This document shows positions 27,698-36,906 of a stretch of 64,000 nucleotides of DNA, piece by piece. This DNA comes from a bacterium (lineage in GTDB: Bacteria > Myxococcota > UBA727 > JAUIJE01). Position 1 is the first letter of the stretch. Each line of letters starts with the position of its first letter. The stretch covers positions 65,294 through 129,293 of the forward strand of contig JAUIJE010000002.1 in NCBI GenBank assembly GCA_030431455.1. Reading direction: 5' to 3'. The translations under genes and the position numbers were made by a program. The notes under the pieces were generated by a model. The model was not told where the DNA came from and ran no database searches. It saw only the letters and a program-made list of their open reading frames with translations.

Positions 27698-28855
27698 TCA
27701 ATACAAAAGCGCCCATTGGCCCCCGTCGGGCTCCTTGTCCGGGTCTTTGTCCCCGTCGGGGGTGCCGTCCTTTTTCGGCGGCTGGTCGAGGGGCTCGGGC
27801 GGGTCTTTGGGCCCTTTGAACAACGCGAAGTTGAGGCACGGCCCGCACCACGAGTCGAACAGAGCACACCCGCACCCGCTGGCGAACAACGCGGGCAGGC
27901 CGACGCACGCGCACGCCCCGAGCCCACACAAGCTGCAGCAACCGCCCCCCTCCTCCTCGGGCGCGGGGCCGGCCAATGGCTTTTCGGGCGGGGGCAGCGG
28001 TTCTTTTTGCAGGCCTTCGCGCCCGGTCTCGGCGGTGGCCAGACCGGTCACGTCGATGGGGGGCGAAAACGAAAAAAACGTGTGGGACACGTCGCTGGTG
28101 GGCCGGTGATCGAACCGCTCGAGGGCGATGACGTGGGTCTTGTCGGGGCTGACAAACAGCGCGGCGATGGTCAGCTCGCGCCCCACCTCGCTCTGGTCGT
28201 CGAGCACCTGGTAGCGGCTGTAGAGGATGCGGTCCCCGACGAGGAGCCGTGTCAATGCCACTGGACCCTGGGCCGCGGCCAGCCCCGGCACCTGGGCGCG
28301 GTCCTCGTCGGCCACCCGGCGCGACAGGGCGCGCAGCACCACCGGCCCGTCTTGGGTGGTGAGGCGAAACTGGTCTTCCCGGCCCGACGGCCGCACCGGT
28401 TGCGGGGGCTCACCGGGGCGCAGACCGAGGCGCGCGGCTTCCTCCCGGGCCGCTTGTTCGCGCGCGGCCACGTCCGACGGCGGCAGGCACGCGTCCTTTG
28501 TCCGGGCCGGGGCGCGGATGGGCATCACCCGCACGAGCACGTCGCCCGCGCCGTCGTAGATGCCCCACACCTCGTAAAAGCCGGCGTCGAGCCCGTCGTA
28601 ACCACAGTCGACCCCGGCCGCGAGGTGGCGCCCCGGGTCCCCGCGCAGGCCGTACACATGGCGGAACAACACGTGGGATTTGTCGAAATCGATCGCGAGC
28701 ACATCGAACGATCGGGTCTGGACATCGATGTCGTAGCCGAGATCGGTCACCGGGCCACGCACCCGCGCGCCCTCCGCGGGGGCCGGGCCCGCGGCCGCGG
28801 GCAGGGCCAGGCAGCACATTGTCGCGAGCACGCCCAGCGCCTTCATGCGCGGCAT
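27698..28855 (-). CDS. secreted protein with unusual Cys-rich hydrophobic C-terminal segment
   Basis: Start at ATG 28855 or 28846 (MPRMKALGVLATMCCLALPAAAG signal). C-terminus EEEGGGCCSLCGLGACACVGLPALFASGCGCALFDSWCGPCLNFALF followed by a K/P/D-rich tail. GC3 bias is strong. The 5' 600 nt of the listed 586-aa ORF is artifact. Confidence 0.55.
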   Translation of the reverse strand: MPRMKALGVLATMCCLALPAAAGPAPAEGARVRGPVTDLGYDIDVQTRSFDVLAIDFDKSHVLFRHVYGLRGDPGRHLAAGVDCGYDGLDAGFYEVWGIYDGAGDVLVRVMPIRAPARTKDACLPPSDVAAREQAAREEAARLGLRPGEPPQPVRPSGREDQFRLTTQDGPVVLRALSRRVADEDRAQVPGLAAAQGPVALTRLLVGDRILYSRYQVLDDQSEVGRELTIAALFVSPDKTHVIALERFDHRPTSDVSHTFFSFSPPIDVTGLATAETGREGLQKEPLPPPEKPLAGPAPEEEGGGCCSLCGLGACACVGLPALFASGCGCALFDSWCGPCLNFALFKGPKDPPEPLDQPPKKDGTPDGDKDPDKEPDGGQWALLY

Positions 28856-28933
28856 CTTGGCAACCACCGCCCAGCGAGACAAGGCGGGCGGCGAGATTTT
28901 CGACCCGCGCACCGACGGGGGTATATTCCGCGC

Positions 28934-29464
28934 ATGGTGCGCGCTTGGGCCTTTGTCGTCTTGTGTCTGTCGCTGGGGTGCGCGTCGAGTCCCGATGTCG
29001 CCGACGCCCCGGCCGAACAAGACGACCCCGAGGTGCAGCACGCCACCGCCGCGAGCTTGTTGTCCGCGGCCGACCGCGAGCTGCGCGAGCTGTTCGACGA
29101 GATCGATCAGATTTCCGAGGAGTTCGGCACCGCCTTGTACGCGGTCAACCGCATGCTGGTGCGCCACCCGCATTGCATCGACGACTGGTTTTCGCGGGCC
29201 GCCGAGCTCGACCAGTCCATCGCCACCGCCGACACCACCGCCGACCAACTCCGGGTCAAGCTGCGCAAACAACACGACGCGCTCAAGACCCTGACCGTCG
29301 ACCTCGACATCGTCACAAAGCTGCGCAACCAAATCCGGCTCCAACGCGACACCGTCGCCGGCCTGCGCCCCCAGCTCGCCTACCTGCTCGCCGACACCAT
29401 GAACCGGCAGAACCCCTGCCCCGCGGTGGCCGACGAAGAGCGCCAAGCCAACACCCACCGCTGA
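28934..29464 (+). CDS. lipoprotein, coiled-coil (hypothetical)
   Basis: MVRAWAFVVLCLSLGCASS lipobox; in frame with the tail of artifact ORF 27290..29464. Followed by the hairpin at 29510..29528. Confidence 0.55.
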   Translation: MVRAWAFVVLCLSLGCASSPDVADAPAEQDDPEVQHATAASLLSAADRELRELFDEIDQISEEFGTALYAVNRMLVRHPHCIDDWFSRAAELDQSIATADTTADQLRVKLRKQHDALKTLTVDLDIVTKLRNQIRLQRDTVAGLRPQLAYLLADTMNRQNPCPAVADEERQANTHR

Positions 29465-29509
29465 CCGCGCGCCGTCTCACATGTTACTGCATCAGCGCGC
29501 GCGGGCCGA

Positions 29510-29528
29510 GGGGGGAGGAACTCCCCCC
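29510..29528. terminator. GC hairpin GGGGGGAG-gaa-CTCCCCCC between convergent genes (bidirectional terminator candidate)
   Basis: Perfect 8-bp stem with a 3-nt loop, lying between the stops at 29464 (+) and 29536 (-). The same motif recurs at 49087..49108. Confidence 0.4.
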
Positions 29529-29535
29529 GCAAGAA

Positions 29536-30195
29536 TCAATACAGCTGCTCGCCGGGCAGGCCTTCCTCGTCGTCGCGGCCGCCGTCGATCTGAAACAGCA
29601 CGAGCCGGTGCGCGCGGTCCCGCGTGCGGTTGAACCGGTCGACGAGGCTGCGCACCTCCCAATAGTCCACCGCGTTGACGAGCAGCCACCAGACCCCCGA
29701 CGTGCCGAGCCCCGCCGAGCTGAGCACGCCCACGGTGGCGCCGCCGGCGAGGCCGGCGAGGATCGTCCAGACCAGCCCCCCCGCCAACGGGGCCCACAAC
29801 AACGGCAGGGCGATCCCGGCGACGAGGCCCACCCCGACGAACAGCGCCGGGGCCATACACGCCGAGAGCTGCAGCGTGCAGCAAGGCAACGCCGAGGCGT
29901 CCTCGCGGCCCCGCAACGAGCGGATCTCGGCCGCGAGGTCCTCGCGGCCCTCGGCGCGGAAGATGCGCTCGAGGTTGTCCATGGTCTCGTCGTTGGTGAC
30001 CGGGATTTGGCGGCCCTCGAACCAGACCCCGACCTCGGTGTCGAACACCGGCCCGTCCTCGGGCACCGGAGCCCAATGTTGCTGGACCGAGACCGCGGTG
30101 TGAAGAATCAGAATCGTGGCCGCCAGATGCACGCGCCAAGTGTACCGCAGGACCCGGCGCGGCCGCGTGACCTGTGCCATTTCCCCCAGCCCCAA
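29536..30195 (-). CDS. membrane protein, hypothetical
   Basis: GC3-biased; likely start at M6 (30180), MAQVTRPRRVLRY. TM helices in the C-terminal half. Confidence 0.45.
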   Translation of the reverse strand: MGLGEMAQVTRPRRVLRYTWRVHLAATILILHTAVSVQQHWAPVPEDGPVFDTEVGVWFEGRQIPVTNDETMDNLERIFRAEGREDLAAEIRSLRGREDASALPCCTLQLSACMAPALFVGVGLVAGIALPLLWAPLAGGLVWTILAGLAGGATVGVLSSAGLGTSGVWWLLVNAVDYWEVRSLVDRFNRTRDRAHRLVLFQIDGGRDDEEGLPGEQLY

Positions 30196-30278
30196 CGGGT
30201 CCCGCGACCCGCCCGCGCGCCACCGCGCGCCCGGCCGGGGCCGCGACCGTTTGGCACAGCCGGTGCTTTACCCCGGGC

Positions 30279-31535
30279 ATGAAACGCATCGTCATCCTCG
30301 GCGCGGGCACCGCGGGCACCACCCTGGCCAGCCGCCTGCGCCGGGTCCTGTCGGACCAAGACTGGGCCATCACCGTCGTCGACCGCGACAATGTTCATGT
30401 CTACCAACCGGGCTTGTTGTTTGTGCCCTTCGGCACCTACCGCGAAGACGAGCTGTACAAGCCGCGCGACAGCCTGTTGCCCGCCGGGGTGGAGCTGCGC
30501 TTGGCGCCGGTCGACCGGGTCGCGCCCGACGAGAACACCGTGGTGTTCGCCGACGGCGAGACCTTGCCCTATGACGTGCTGGTCGTCGCCACTGGCTGCG
30601 ACATCGACCCCGCCCGGCTCGAGGGGCTGGCCGGCCCTGGCTGGCAAAAGACCGCGTACGATTTTTACACCCCGGCGGGGTCGGTGGCCCTGGCCCGCGC
30701 GCTCGACGGCTTTTCCGGGGGGCGGCTGGTGGTCAACCCCGTGGAGATGCCGATCAAGTGCCCGGTGGCCCCGCTCGAGTTCGCCTTCCTCGCGGACGCG
30801 TTTTTGACCGCGCGCGGCCTGCGGGACAAGACCGAGATCGTGTACGCCACCCCGCTCGACGGGGCGTTCACCAAGCCGGTGGCCTCGCGCCTGCTCGGCG
30901 ACATGTTGCACAAACGGCGCATCCAGCTCGAGCCCGACTTCGCGGCCCAGTCCGTCGACGGCGAACGCCGCGTGCTCACCGCCTACGACGGCCGCGCCCT
31001 CGACTACGACCTGCTGGTGAGCGTGCCCCCGCACGGCGGCAGCGACCTCATGGTGCGCTCGGGTCTCGGCGACGACCTCGGCTTTGTGCCCACCGACCCG
31101 CACACGCTGCAGACCAAAGCCCACGCCAACATCTTCGCCCTCGGGGACGCCACCGATCTGCCCGCGTCCAAGGCCGGCTCGGTGGCGCACTTCCAAGCCG
31201 AGATCCTCGAGGACAACATCCTGCGCTTCGTCCGGGGCCAGGCCCCGCTCCCGGCCTTTGACGGGCACTCCAACTGCTTCATCGAGACCGGCTTTGGCAA
31301 AGCCATGCTCATCGACTTCAACTACGAGACCGAACCTCTGCCCGGCCGATTTCCCTTGCCCGGCATCGGCCCCTTCACCCTGCTCGAGGAGAGCGCCACC
31401 AACCACTGGGGCAAGCTCGCCTTCAAGTGGGCGTACTGGAACTTGCTCGTCAAAGGCGAGCCCCTCCCCCTCGAGCCCCGCATGTCCCGCCTCGGCAAAT
31501 GGGGCGTGCCCACCGCCGGAGCCCACCATGGCTGA
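30279..31535 (+). CDS. sqr: sulfide:quinone oxidoreductase (FAD-dependent pyridine nucleotide-disulfide oxidoreductase family)
   Basis: Start at ATG 30279 (MKRIVILGAGTAGT, FAD fold). SQR-type Cys positions and C-terminal amphipathic region. Confidence 0.8.
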   Translation: MKRIVILGAGTAGTTLASRLRRVLSDQDWAITVVDRDNVHVYQPGLLFVPFGTYREDELYKPRDSLLPAGVELRLAPVDRVAPDENTVVFADGETLPYDVLVVATGCDIDPARLEGLAGPGWQKTAYDFYTPAGSVALARALDGFSGGRLVVNPVEMPIKCPVAPLEFAFLADAFLTARGLRDKTEIVYATPLDGAFTKPVASRLLGDMLHKRRIQLEPDFAAQSVDGERRVLTAYDGRALDYDLLVSVPPHGGSDLMVRSGLGDDLGFVPTDPHTLQTKAHANIFALGDATDLPASKAGSVAHFQAEILEDNILRFVRGQAPLPAFDGHSNCFIETGFGKAMLIDFNYETEPLPGRFPLPGIGPFTLLEESATNHWGKLAFKWAYWNLLVKGEPLPLEPRMSRLGKWGVPTAGAHHG

Positions 31536-32439
31536 GTCCCGCGAAGACATCGCCCGCCTCGAGCAGAAGCTCGACGCGCTCAGTGCCCAAGTCCAAGACC
31601 TGCACCGGACCCAACAGATGTTGGCCAGTCTCTACGAGGACATGGTCCCGGTCGCCACCACCGCGCTGCACAGCGCCAGCGTGCGCCTCGCGGAGCTGGA
31701 GCAAAAGGGCTACTTCGACTTCGCCAAAGAATCGATGCACGTGCTCGACGAGGTGGTCCAAGGCTTTTCCCCCGACGACGTGCACGCCCTGGCCGAGAAC
31801 ATCGTGGGCATCCTCGGCGCGGTCAAGCGCGCGACCCAGCCCGAGGTCCTGGCCTTCGCCGAACACACCGCGGATGTGCTCGAGGGCGAAGCCGCGCGCA
31901 AACCCAAAGGCATTGTCTCGATGCTGCGCCAAGGCACCAAAGACGAAAACGTGCGCCGCGGTCTCGCGGTGGCGTTCGAGGCGTTGCGCCAAGTGGGCAA
32001 GGCGGCCAACCCCGCGCTGCGGGTGCGCCACCGCTCGTTCGGGGCGGCCCTCGCGGCCCACGAGGTGCACGCGCCCGCGGCCCCCGCTGCGGGCGCGCCA
32101 GAACCGGCCCCCGCCGCGGCCTCGGCCCCGGTGGCGGCCGCGACCCTGGCCGGGCTCGACCTCGACGCGGAGGGCTTTTTGCTCACCCCCGAGGACTGGA
32201 CCGAGGCCTTCGCCGAGCAGGCCGCGGCCGAGGCCGGCGTCACGTTGACCCAGACACATTGGGACGTGTTGCGTTTTGTGCGCGCGGAGTACTTCGCGGC
32301 CCACGGCGCGCCCAACATCCGGCGCATCACCGTGGGGGCGGGCATTCCCACCAAGGACCTGTTCGCTCTTTTTCCCCGGGCGCCGGCCAAGACCGCGGCC
32401 CGCTTGGCCGGGGTCAAAAAGCCCGTCGGCTGCATCTGA
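31528..32439 (+). CDS. DUF1641 domain fused to TusE/DsrC-family sulfur-relay domain
   Basis: Start at ATG 31528, overlapping the SQR stop by 8 bp. The C-terminus ends KKPVGCI, the characteristic penultimate Cys of TusE/DsrC. Confidence 0.7.
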   Translation: MAESREDIARLEQKLDALSAQVQDLHRTQQMLASLYEDMVPVATTALHSASVRLAELEQKGYFDFAKESMHVLDEVVQGFSPDDVHALAENIVGILGAVKRATQPEVLAFAEHTADVLEGEAARKPKGIVSMLRQGTKDENVRRGLAVAFEALRQVGKAANPALRVRHRSFGAALAAHEVHAPAAPAAGAPEPAPAAASAPVAAATLAGLDLDAEGFLLTPEDWTEAFAEQAAAEAGVTLTQTHWDVLRFVRAEYFAAHGAPNIRRITVGAGIPTKDLFALFPRAPAKTAARLAGVKKPVGCI

Positions 32440-32463
32440 CCTTTTTCCTTCACGAGGCTTTTT

Positions 32464-32925
32464 ATGTCTACGCGCAAGGTCGCCATCATCGTCAGCAAGG
32501 GGGGCATGGACGAGGTCTACCCCTCCCTCATCCTCGCCAGCGGCGCGCGCCAGTCGGGCATCGACGTGGCGATGTTCTTCACCTTTTATGGTCTCGACGC
32601 CATCACCGAGGACAAGGTCGACCACCTGCACGTCAACATGACCGGCAACGCGTCGAGCCCGATGCCCACCGTGGTCGCGGGCCTGCCAGGCATGGAAGCG
32701 GTGGCGGCGAAGATGATGAAAAAGCAGCTCGACGATCTTGAGATCCCGCCCGTGCGGGAGATGATCGAGATGATCGCGGACATGGGCGGCGAGGTGTACG
32801 CGTGCGAACTGGCGATGAAGATGTTCAAGCTGGAGCGCGACGATTTGATTCGGCAGGTCAAAGGCGTGCTCACGGTGGGCGACTTTTACGGCGTCTCCGA
32901 AGGAGCGCAGATCATCTACACCTGA
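32464..32925 (+). CDS. DsrE/DsrF-like family protein
   Basis: MSTRKVAIIVSKGGMDEVYPSLILASGA...VYACELAMKM matches the DsrE-like fold. Confidence 0.75.
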   Translation: MSTRKVAIIVSKGGMDEVYPSLILASGARQSGIDVAMFFTFYGLDAITEDKVDHLHVNMTGNASSPMPTVVAGLPGMEAVAAKMMKKQLDDLEIPPVREMIEMIADMGGEVYACELAMKMFKLERDDLIRQVKGVLTVGDFYGVSEGAQIIYT

Positions 32926-32926
32926 G

Positions 32927-34195
32927 TCACGCGTCGTCGTCCGCGGGCGCGGTGACCGTGACCTGCGCCGGATAGGCATCGTCGGCCAAGCCCTCGGCCC
33001 AGGCGTCGAGTTCGTCGTCGTGGGTCCCGAGACGCGGCAAACCAAAGAACGCTTCGAACAAGGGCGCGTCCGCGTACGTGAACGCGGACACCCCCGACGC
33101 GGGCAGCGCGGCCAAGGCCGCTTCAATGGACGAGGCCAGGCTCGCGGTCCCGTCGCCGGCAATGCCGAACTCGGGCGCGTAGAACGGCCGCTCGGTCACC
33201 TCCCGCCAAGCGGAAAGACCCGCATCCAATGCATAGGCAAGGTCGCCCACGTCGTCGTTGTGCATCGCCTCGTCGTCGCTGAAGTAGAGGCTCTGCCCGA
33301 TCCAGTCCACGTATTCGTCCCCCGGGTAGACGTAGCCCGGGTGGCCCCAGGTAAAATCGCCCACCGCTTCGTTCATGTAGCCCGTTGAGGTGTACAAAAA
33401 CCAAGTGACATTGTCGGCCCCGACCGCGCGGAACACATCGACGATGTGGCGGTAAATGTCCCGCGTTCGCTCGGGCCCGTCCGGCCAGGCGGGGTCGCCG
33501 TACGCGTCACACACCGACGTGGTGCTCTCGGCGGTCTCCGCCCCCGACGCGCCGTAGCCAAAGTCGCTGGCGAGGCCAAACTCGCCAAAGGGGGAGAGCA
33601 TCACCGGCACGTCCAGCGCCTTGACCTGCGCGGCCACGTGCTCGATGTACGCGTCGTAGGTCCCGTCCAGGATCGCGGCTTGGGTGATCGTCCGCGTGTC
33701 CAGGCCGAGGAAATAGCCGGGCTCGAGCGCGTAGTAGCCGAGGCAATCCCACGCCAGGGCGAGCACCGCCCCGTCGTTGGCGAGGGTTTTCGCGAGTTCG
33801 GCCGGGGTGATCGTTTCGCCCTCGAGGGGCGTGTCCAGCGTGCGCAGGGTCCGCCCATCGACGTCAAAGCCACCCGCCTCGGCTTCGCCCCCCCAATCGT
33901 GAAACGTGAACACCACCGGCGGGGTCCGCTCTCCACTTTTGTCCACGAACGCAGCCAGGCCCTGCTCGACGTCGCCGATGCTGTAAAAACCCGCGTACAC
34001 CGCGCCCGGGCCCGGGGCGCGCACCTTGCGCGCGTTCGCGGGCGGTGCGGAGGTCGGCGCGGGCCGCTCAAGTTCGGCCCAGGGGCGGCAACTTTGCGCA
34101 TCGGGGGGCGAGGACGTGCAGCCCGCGAGGGCGCTCAGGCCCACGGCCACCGCCGCAAACACCAAAAACCGAACGGACCAGCCGTGACCGCGCAT
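32927..34195 (-). CDS. secreted lipoprotein, putative glycoside hydrolase (GH26-like)
   Basis: C-terminal 422 aa of ORF 32927..35158, from ATG 34195 (MRGHGWSVRFLVFAAVAVGLSALAGCTSS). The family assignment is by weak pattern only. Confidence 0.5.
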   Translation of the reverse strand: MRGHGWSVRFLVFAAVAVGLSALAGCTSSPPDAQSCRPWAELERPAPTSAPPANARKVRAPGPGAVYAGFYSIGDVEQGLAAFVDKSGERTPPVVFTFHDWGGEAEAGGFDVDGRTLRTLDTPLEGETITPAELAKTLANDGAVLALAWDCLGYYALEPGYFLGLDTRTITQAAILDGTYDAYIEHVAAQVKALDVPVMLSPFGEFGLASDFGYGASGAETAESTTSVCDAYGDPAWPDGPERTRDIYRHIVDVFRAVGADNVTWFLYTSTGYMNEAVGDFTWGHPGYVYPGDEYVDWIGQSLYFSDDEAMHNDDVGDLAYALDAGLSAWREVTERPFYAPEFGIAGDGTASLASSIEAALAALPASGVSAFTYADAPLFEAFFGLPRLGTHDDELDAWAEGLADDAYPAQVTVTAPADDDA

Positions 34196-34248
34196 GTATG
34201 TTGGACACCGCAGCGCGGACAGAAAGAAAGTCTCGCCCGCGGGCGACA

Positions 34249-35406
34249 TCAGTCGCGGTCGAACAGCCAGGACAGCTCGGTGTGGGGGCCGAGCTCGTCG
34301 ATGACGTGCTGGCGGAAACGTTTTTTGATCCGGGTCGCGAGCTGGCCCATGCGCTGCTTGGACACCCCGTAGCGTTTGCCCAGGTCGACGAGGCTCACGG
34401 GGTCGAAGGACACGAGGTGTTCGTTCCAGATCGCGAGGTCGCGCTCGTCCTCGAGCTTGTCGGCGTAACTCTGGGTGAGGCGGACCATCACGTCGCGCAT
34501 CTCGTTTTCGTGGGCGTAGCCCTCGGGGCTGTCCGAGTCCGCCTCGAGCATGTCCCCGAGGGTGCTGCCGTCGTCGGTGCCCCCGATGGGCGCGGACAGC
34601 GACGCCTCGCGTCCGTCGAGCCGCGCCACCACGCGCTGCACTTCCTCGACGTCTTCGCCGACCTCTTTGGCGATGTTCTCGATGCTGGCGGCTTTGCCCT
34701 CGGCGAGCAGCTTCCGCCGCACCCGCGGCAGTTGGTAATAGAGCTTGCGGCCCGCGCGGGTGTTGCCGGTGTGGATGATGCGCCCGTGCGTCATCAAGAA
34801 CTTCGTGAGCTGGGCGCGAATCCAATACACCGCATAGGTGCCAAACCGCGTGCCCTGGTCCGGGTCCCATTTCTCGGCCGCGATGGCCATGCCCGCGGAC
34901 GCCTCCTGCACGAGGTCCATGAGGTTGGTCCAGGTCCGGCGATACTGGTGCGCCATCTTGATCGCCAACCGGAGGTTGTGCACCACGAGGCGACGGGCCG
35001 CGTCTTTGTCCCCGTGGTCGCGCACCTTGAGCCCCAGCGCGCGCTCTTGCTCCTCGGACAGGCGCTCGTATTTGGTCGCCTCGCGCACGAACGCCCGGTA
35101 CAGGTCCTCGACCCGGCCCGGGCGCTCGCTGGTGCTGGTGGTGTCGTCCTTGACCCACTCGCCGGCTTCGTCCGCGAGCACCACGCCGCTGCGTTTGGTC
35201 AGGCCTCCGCCGCCGACGTCGACGACCTCGTAAGCGCCGTCCTCGTCTTCCCCGTCTTCGTTGGGGTTGAAGACGTCGTCCTTGTCGTCGTCGTCCTCGA
35301 CGATCTCCGGTGCGATGGGCTCGGGCGATTTCGCCGTCCGCTTTTCGTGTGCCCCCGCGTTCGCCACCGTCGACCCTCCGTGCGCTTGGTCTACCACCAT
35401 AACCAC
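34249..35406 (-). CDS. RNA polymerase sigma factor, RpoH-like (group 3) with acidic N-terminal extension
   Basis: Region 2 (DLVQEASAGMAIAAEKWDPDQGTRFGTYAVYWIRAQ), region 3, and region 4 (LGKRYGVSKQRMGQLATRIKKRFRQ). Confidence 0.85.
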   Translation of the reverse strand: MVMVVDQAHGGSTVANAGAHEKRTAKSPEPIAPEIVEDDDDKDDVFNPNEDGEDEDGAYEVVDVGGGGLTKRSGVVLADEAGEWVKDDTTSTSERPGRVEDLYRAFVREATKYERLSEEQERALGLKVRDHGDKDAARRLVVHNLRLAIKMAHQYRRTWTNLMDLVQEASAGMAIAAEKWDPDQGTRFGTYAVYWIRAQLTKFLMTHGRIIHTGNTRAGRKLYYQLPRVRRKLLAEGKAASIENIAKEVGEDVEEVQRVVARLDGREASLSAPIGGTDDGSTLGDMLEADSDSPEGYAHENEMRDVMVRLTQSYADKLEDERDLAIWNEHLVSFDPVSLVDLGKRYGVSKQRMGQLATRIKKRFRQHVIDELGPHTELSWLFDRD

Positions 35407-35522
35407 CGCGGCGAACAGCGACCAGACCGCCCTCCCCGATCGGCCAGGGACGCGCCGGGCCCGCCTTTTGCCGGCCCTTTCGCCGCGATTTTCAAGGCCG
35501 GATGCCGTACCCTGCGCCCGCG

Positions 35523-36194
35523 ATGATCGAGCTGTACCACGTGCAAAAGCGTTACCCCGGGCAGGACGCGCCCGCGCTCGACGACATCAACCTGCAGGTC
35601 GACAAGGGCGAGTTCTGCCTGCTCACCGGGCCGTCGGGGGCGGGCAAGTCGACCCTGTTGCGCCTGCTGTTTCTCGCCGAGGAAGCGACCCGGGGCCAAG
35701 TGCTCATCGGGGGCAAGAACGTCGCCCAGGTCAAAAAGCGCCACCGCCCGATGATGCGGCGCAACCTCGGGGTGGTGTTCCAAGACTTTAAGCTCCTGGA
35801 GCGCTACTCGGTGTTCGACAACGTGTCCCTCGCGCTCGACGTGCAGGGCCGGCGCAAAGACGACGTCCGCCAACGCACCGACAAGATGCTCGAACAGGTC
35901 GGGCTCGCGCACAAAAGCGACCAGAAGATCGCCCACCTCTCCGGGGGCGAACAACAACGGGTGGCCATCGCCCGCGCCCTGGTCACCGATCCCGCCATCC
36001 TGCTCGCCGACGAGCCCACCGGCAACCTCGACCCCGAACGGTCCAATGACATTATGGACCTGCTGCTGCGCGCCCACGCCCGGGGCACCACCATCCTCGT
36101 CGCCACCCACGACCCGGCGTTGCTCGAGCGCTACCGCCACCGGGTGGTCTCGCTGAAAGCGGGCCGGGTCGAAAAAGACGAACGTTTCCGCTGA
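35523..36194 (+). CDS. ftsE: cell-division ABC transporter ATP-binding protein FtsE
   Basis: Start at ATG 35523 (MIELYHVQKRYPG...). Walker A GPSGAGKST, signature LSGGEQQR, Walker B ILLADEP. About 224 aa. Confidence 0.85.
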   Translation: MIELYHVQKRYPGQDAPALDDINLQVDKGEFCLLTGPSGAGKSTLLRLLFLAEEATRGQVLIGGKNVAQVKKRHRPMMRRNLGVVFQDFKLLERYSVFDNVSLALDVQGRRKDDVRQRTDKMLEQVGLAHKSDQKIAHLSGGEQQRVAIARALVTDPAILLADEPTGNLDPERSNDIMDLLLRAHARGTTILVATHDPALLERYRHRVVSLKAGRVEKDERFR

Positions 36195-36311
36195 GGGGCG
36201 CGCGCCGCCCGGTATCCACCGCAGGCCACAGATTTTTGTCACCGCCCCCGACGGGGCCATGCGCTGTCGGGGCTGGCGCGGGTTCTGCATTGACCGGGGC
36301 CGGAGGGTCGC

Positions 36312-36878
36312 ATGGCGCACAAAGGGGTCCGGTGGTGGCCGTGGCTGGGGGTGGCGGGCGTGCTCGGCGGCGGGTGTGTTCTCGACGTCACGCCGGTGAC
36401 CGACGACGTTGACCTCGTCGCGCACACCGACGTGCGGGACTGCCCCGCGCACGCGGACTGGCCGAGCGAGGTGGTCAGCGAAGCCGAGCAGCGGGTGGTG
36501 CTCGGCGACGGCACCCGCACGGTGTTGGTCTACCGGACCTGGGACGGCCCGGGGGGCGGCCGCACCGCGCGGTACTTGCCCGCGGGCTTTGGCCTCGACG
36601 ACGGAGTGCAGGTCCATTGTGTCGCGGACGAGGACCGGCTCGGGTACGCCTGGACCCACCACAACTGGGAGGACGAGGCCTGGGCCCGAAGCGGAGAGGT
36701 CACGTGGCGGCTGGCGATGGTGCTCGACCTCGAGGGGGGGTGGACGTTTGCGCTCACCACCGAAGATCAGAACGGGACGGTCATCGACGGTCCCCATGCG
36801 TTGACGTTGCGCGAGGGTGTGCACAACGGCCAGGTCGGCGAAGACGACCGCCGGGCGCGCGCCGGTGATGTGTTGTGA
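36312..36878 (+). CDS. lipoprotein, hypothetical (paralog A)
   Basis: GVAGVLGGGCVLD lipobox. Shares ...VLVYRTWDGPGGG..YLPAGFGLDDGVQVHCV...HHNWEDEAWA with the next gene. Confidence 0.5.
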   Translation: MAHKGVRWWPWLGVAGVLGGGCVLDVTPVTDDVDLVAHTDVRDCPAHADWPSEVVSEAEQRVVLGDGTRTVLVYRTWDGPGGGRTARYLPAGFGLDDGVQVHCVADEDRLGYAWTHHNWEDEAWARSGEVTWRLAMVLDLEGGWTFALTTEDQNGTVIDGPHALTLREGVHNGQVGEDDRRARAGDVL

Positions 36879-36906
36879 GCGGCGGGCGCCGCGAGGAGAG
36901 AACAAA

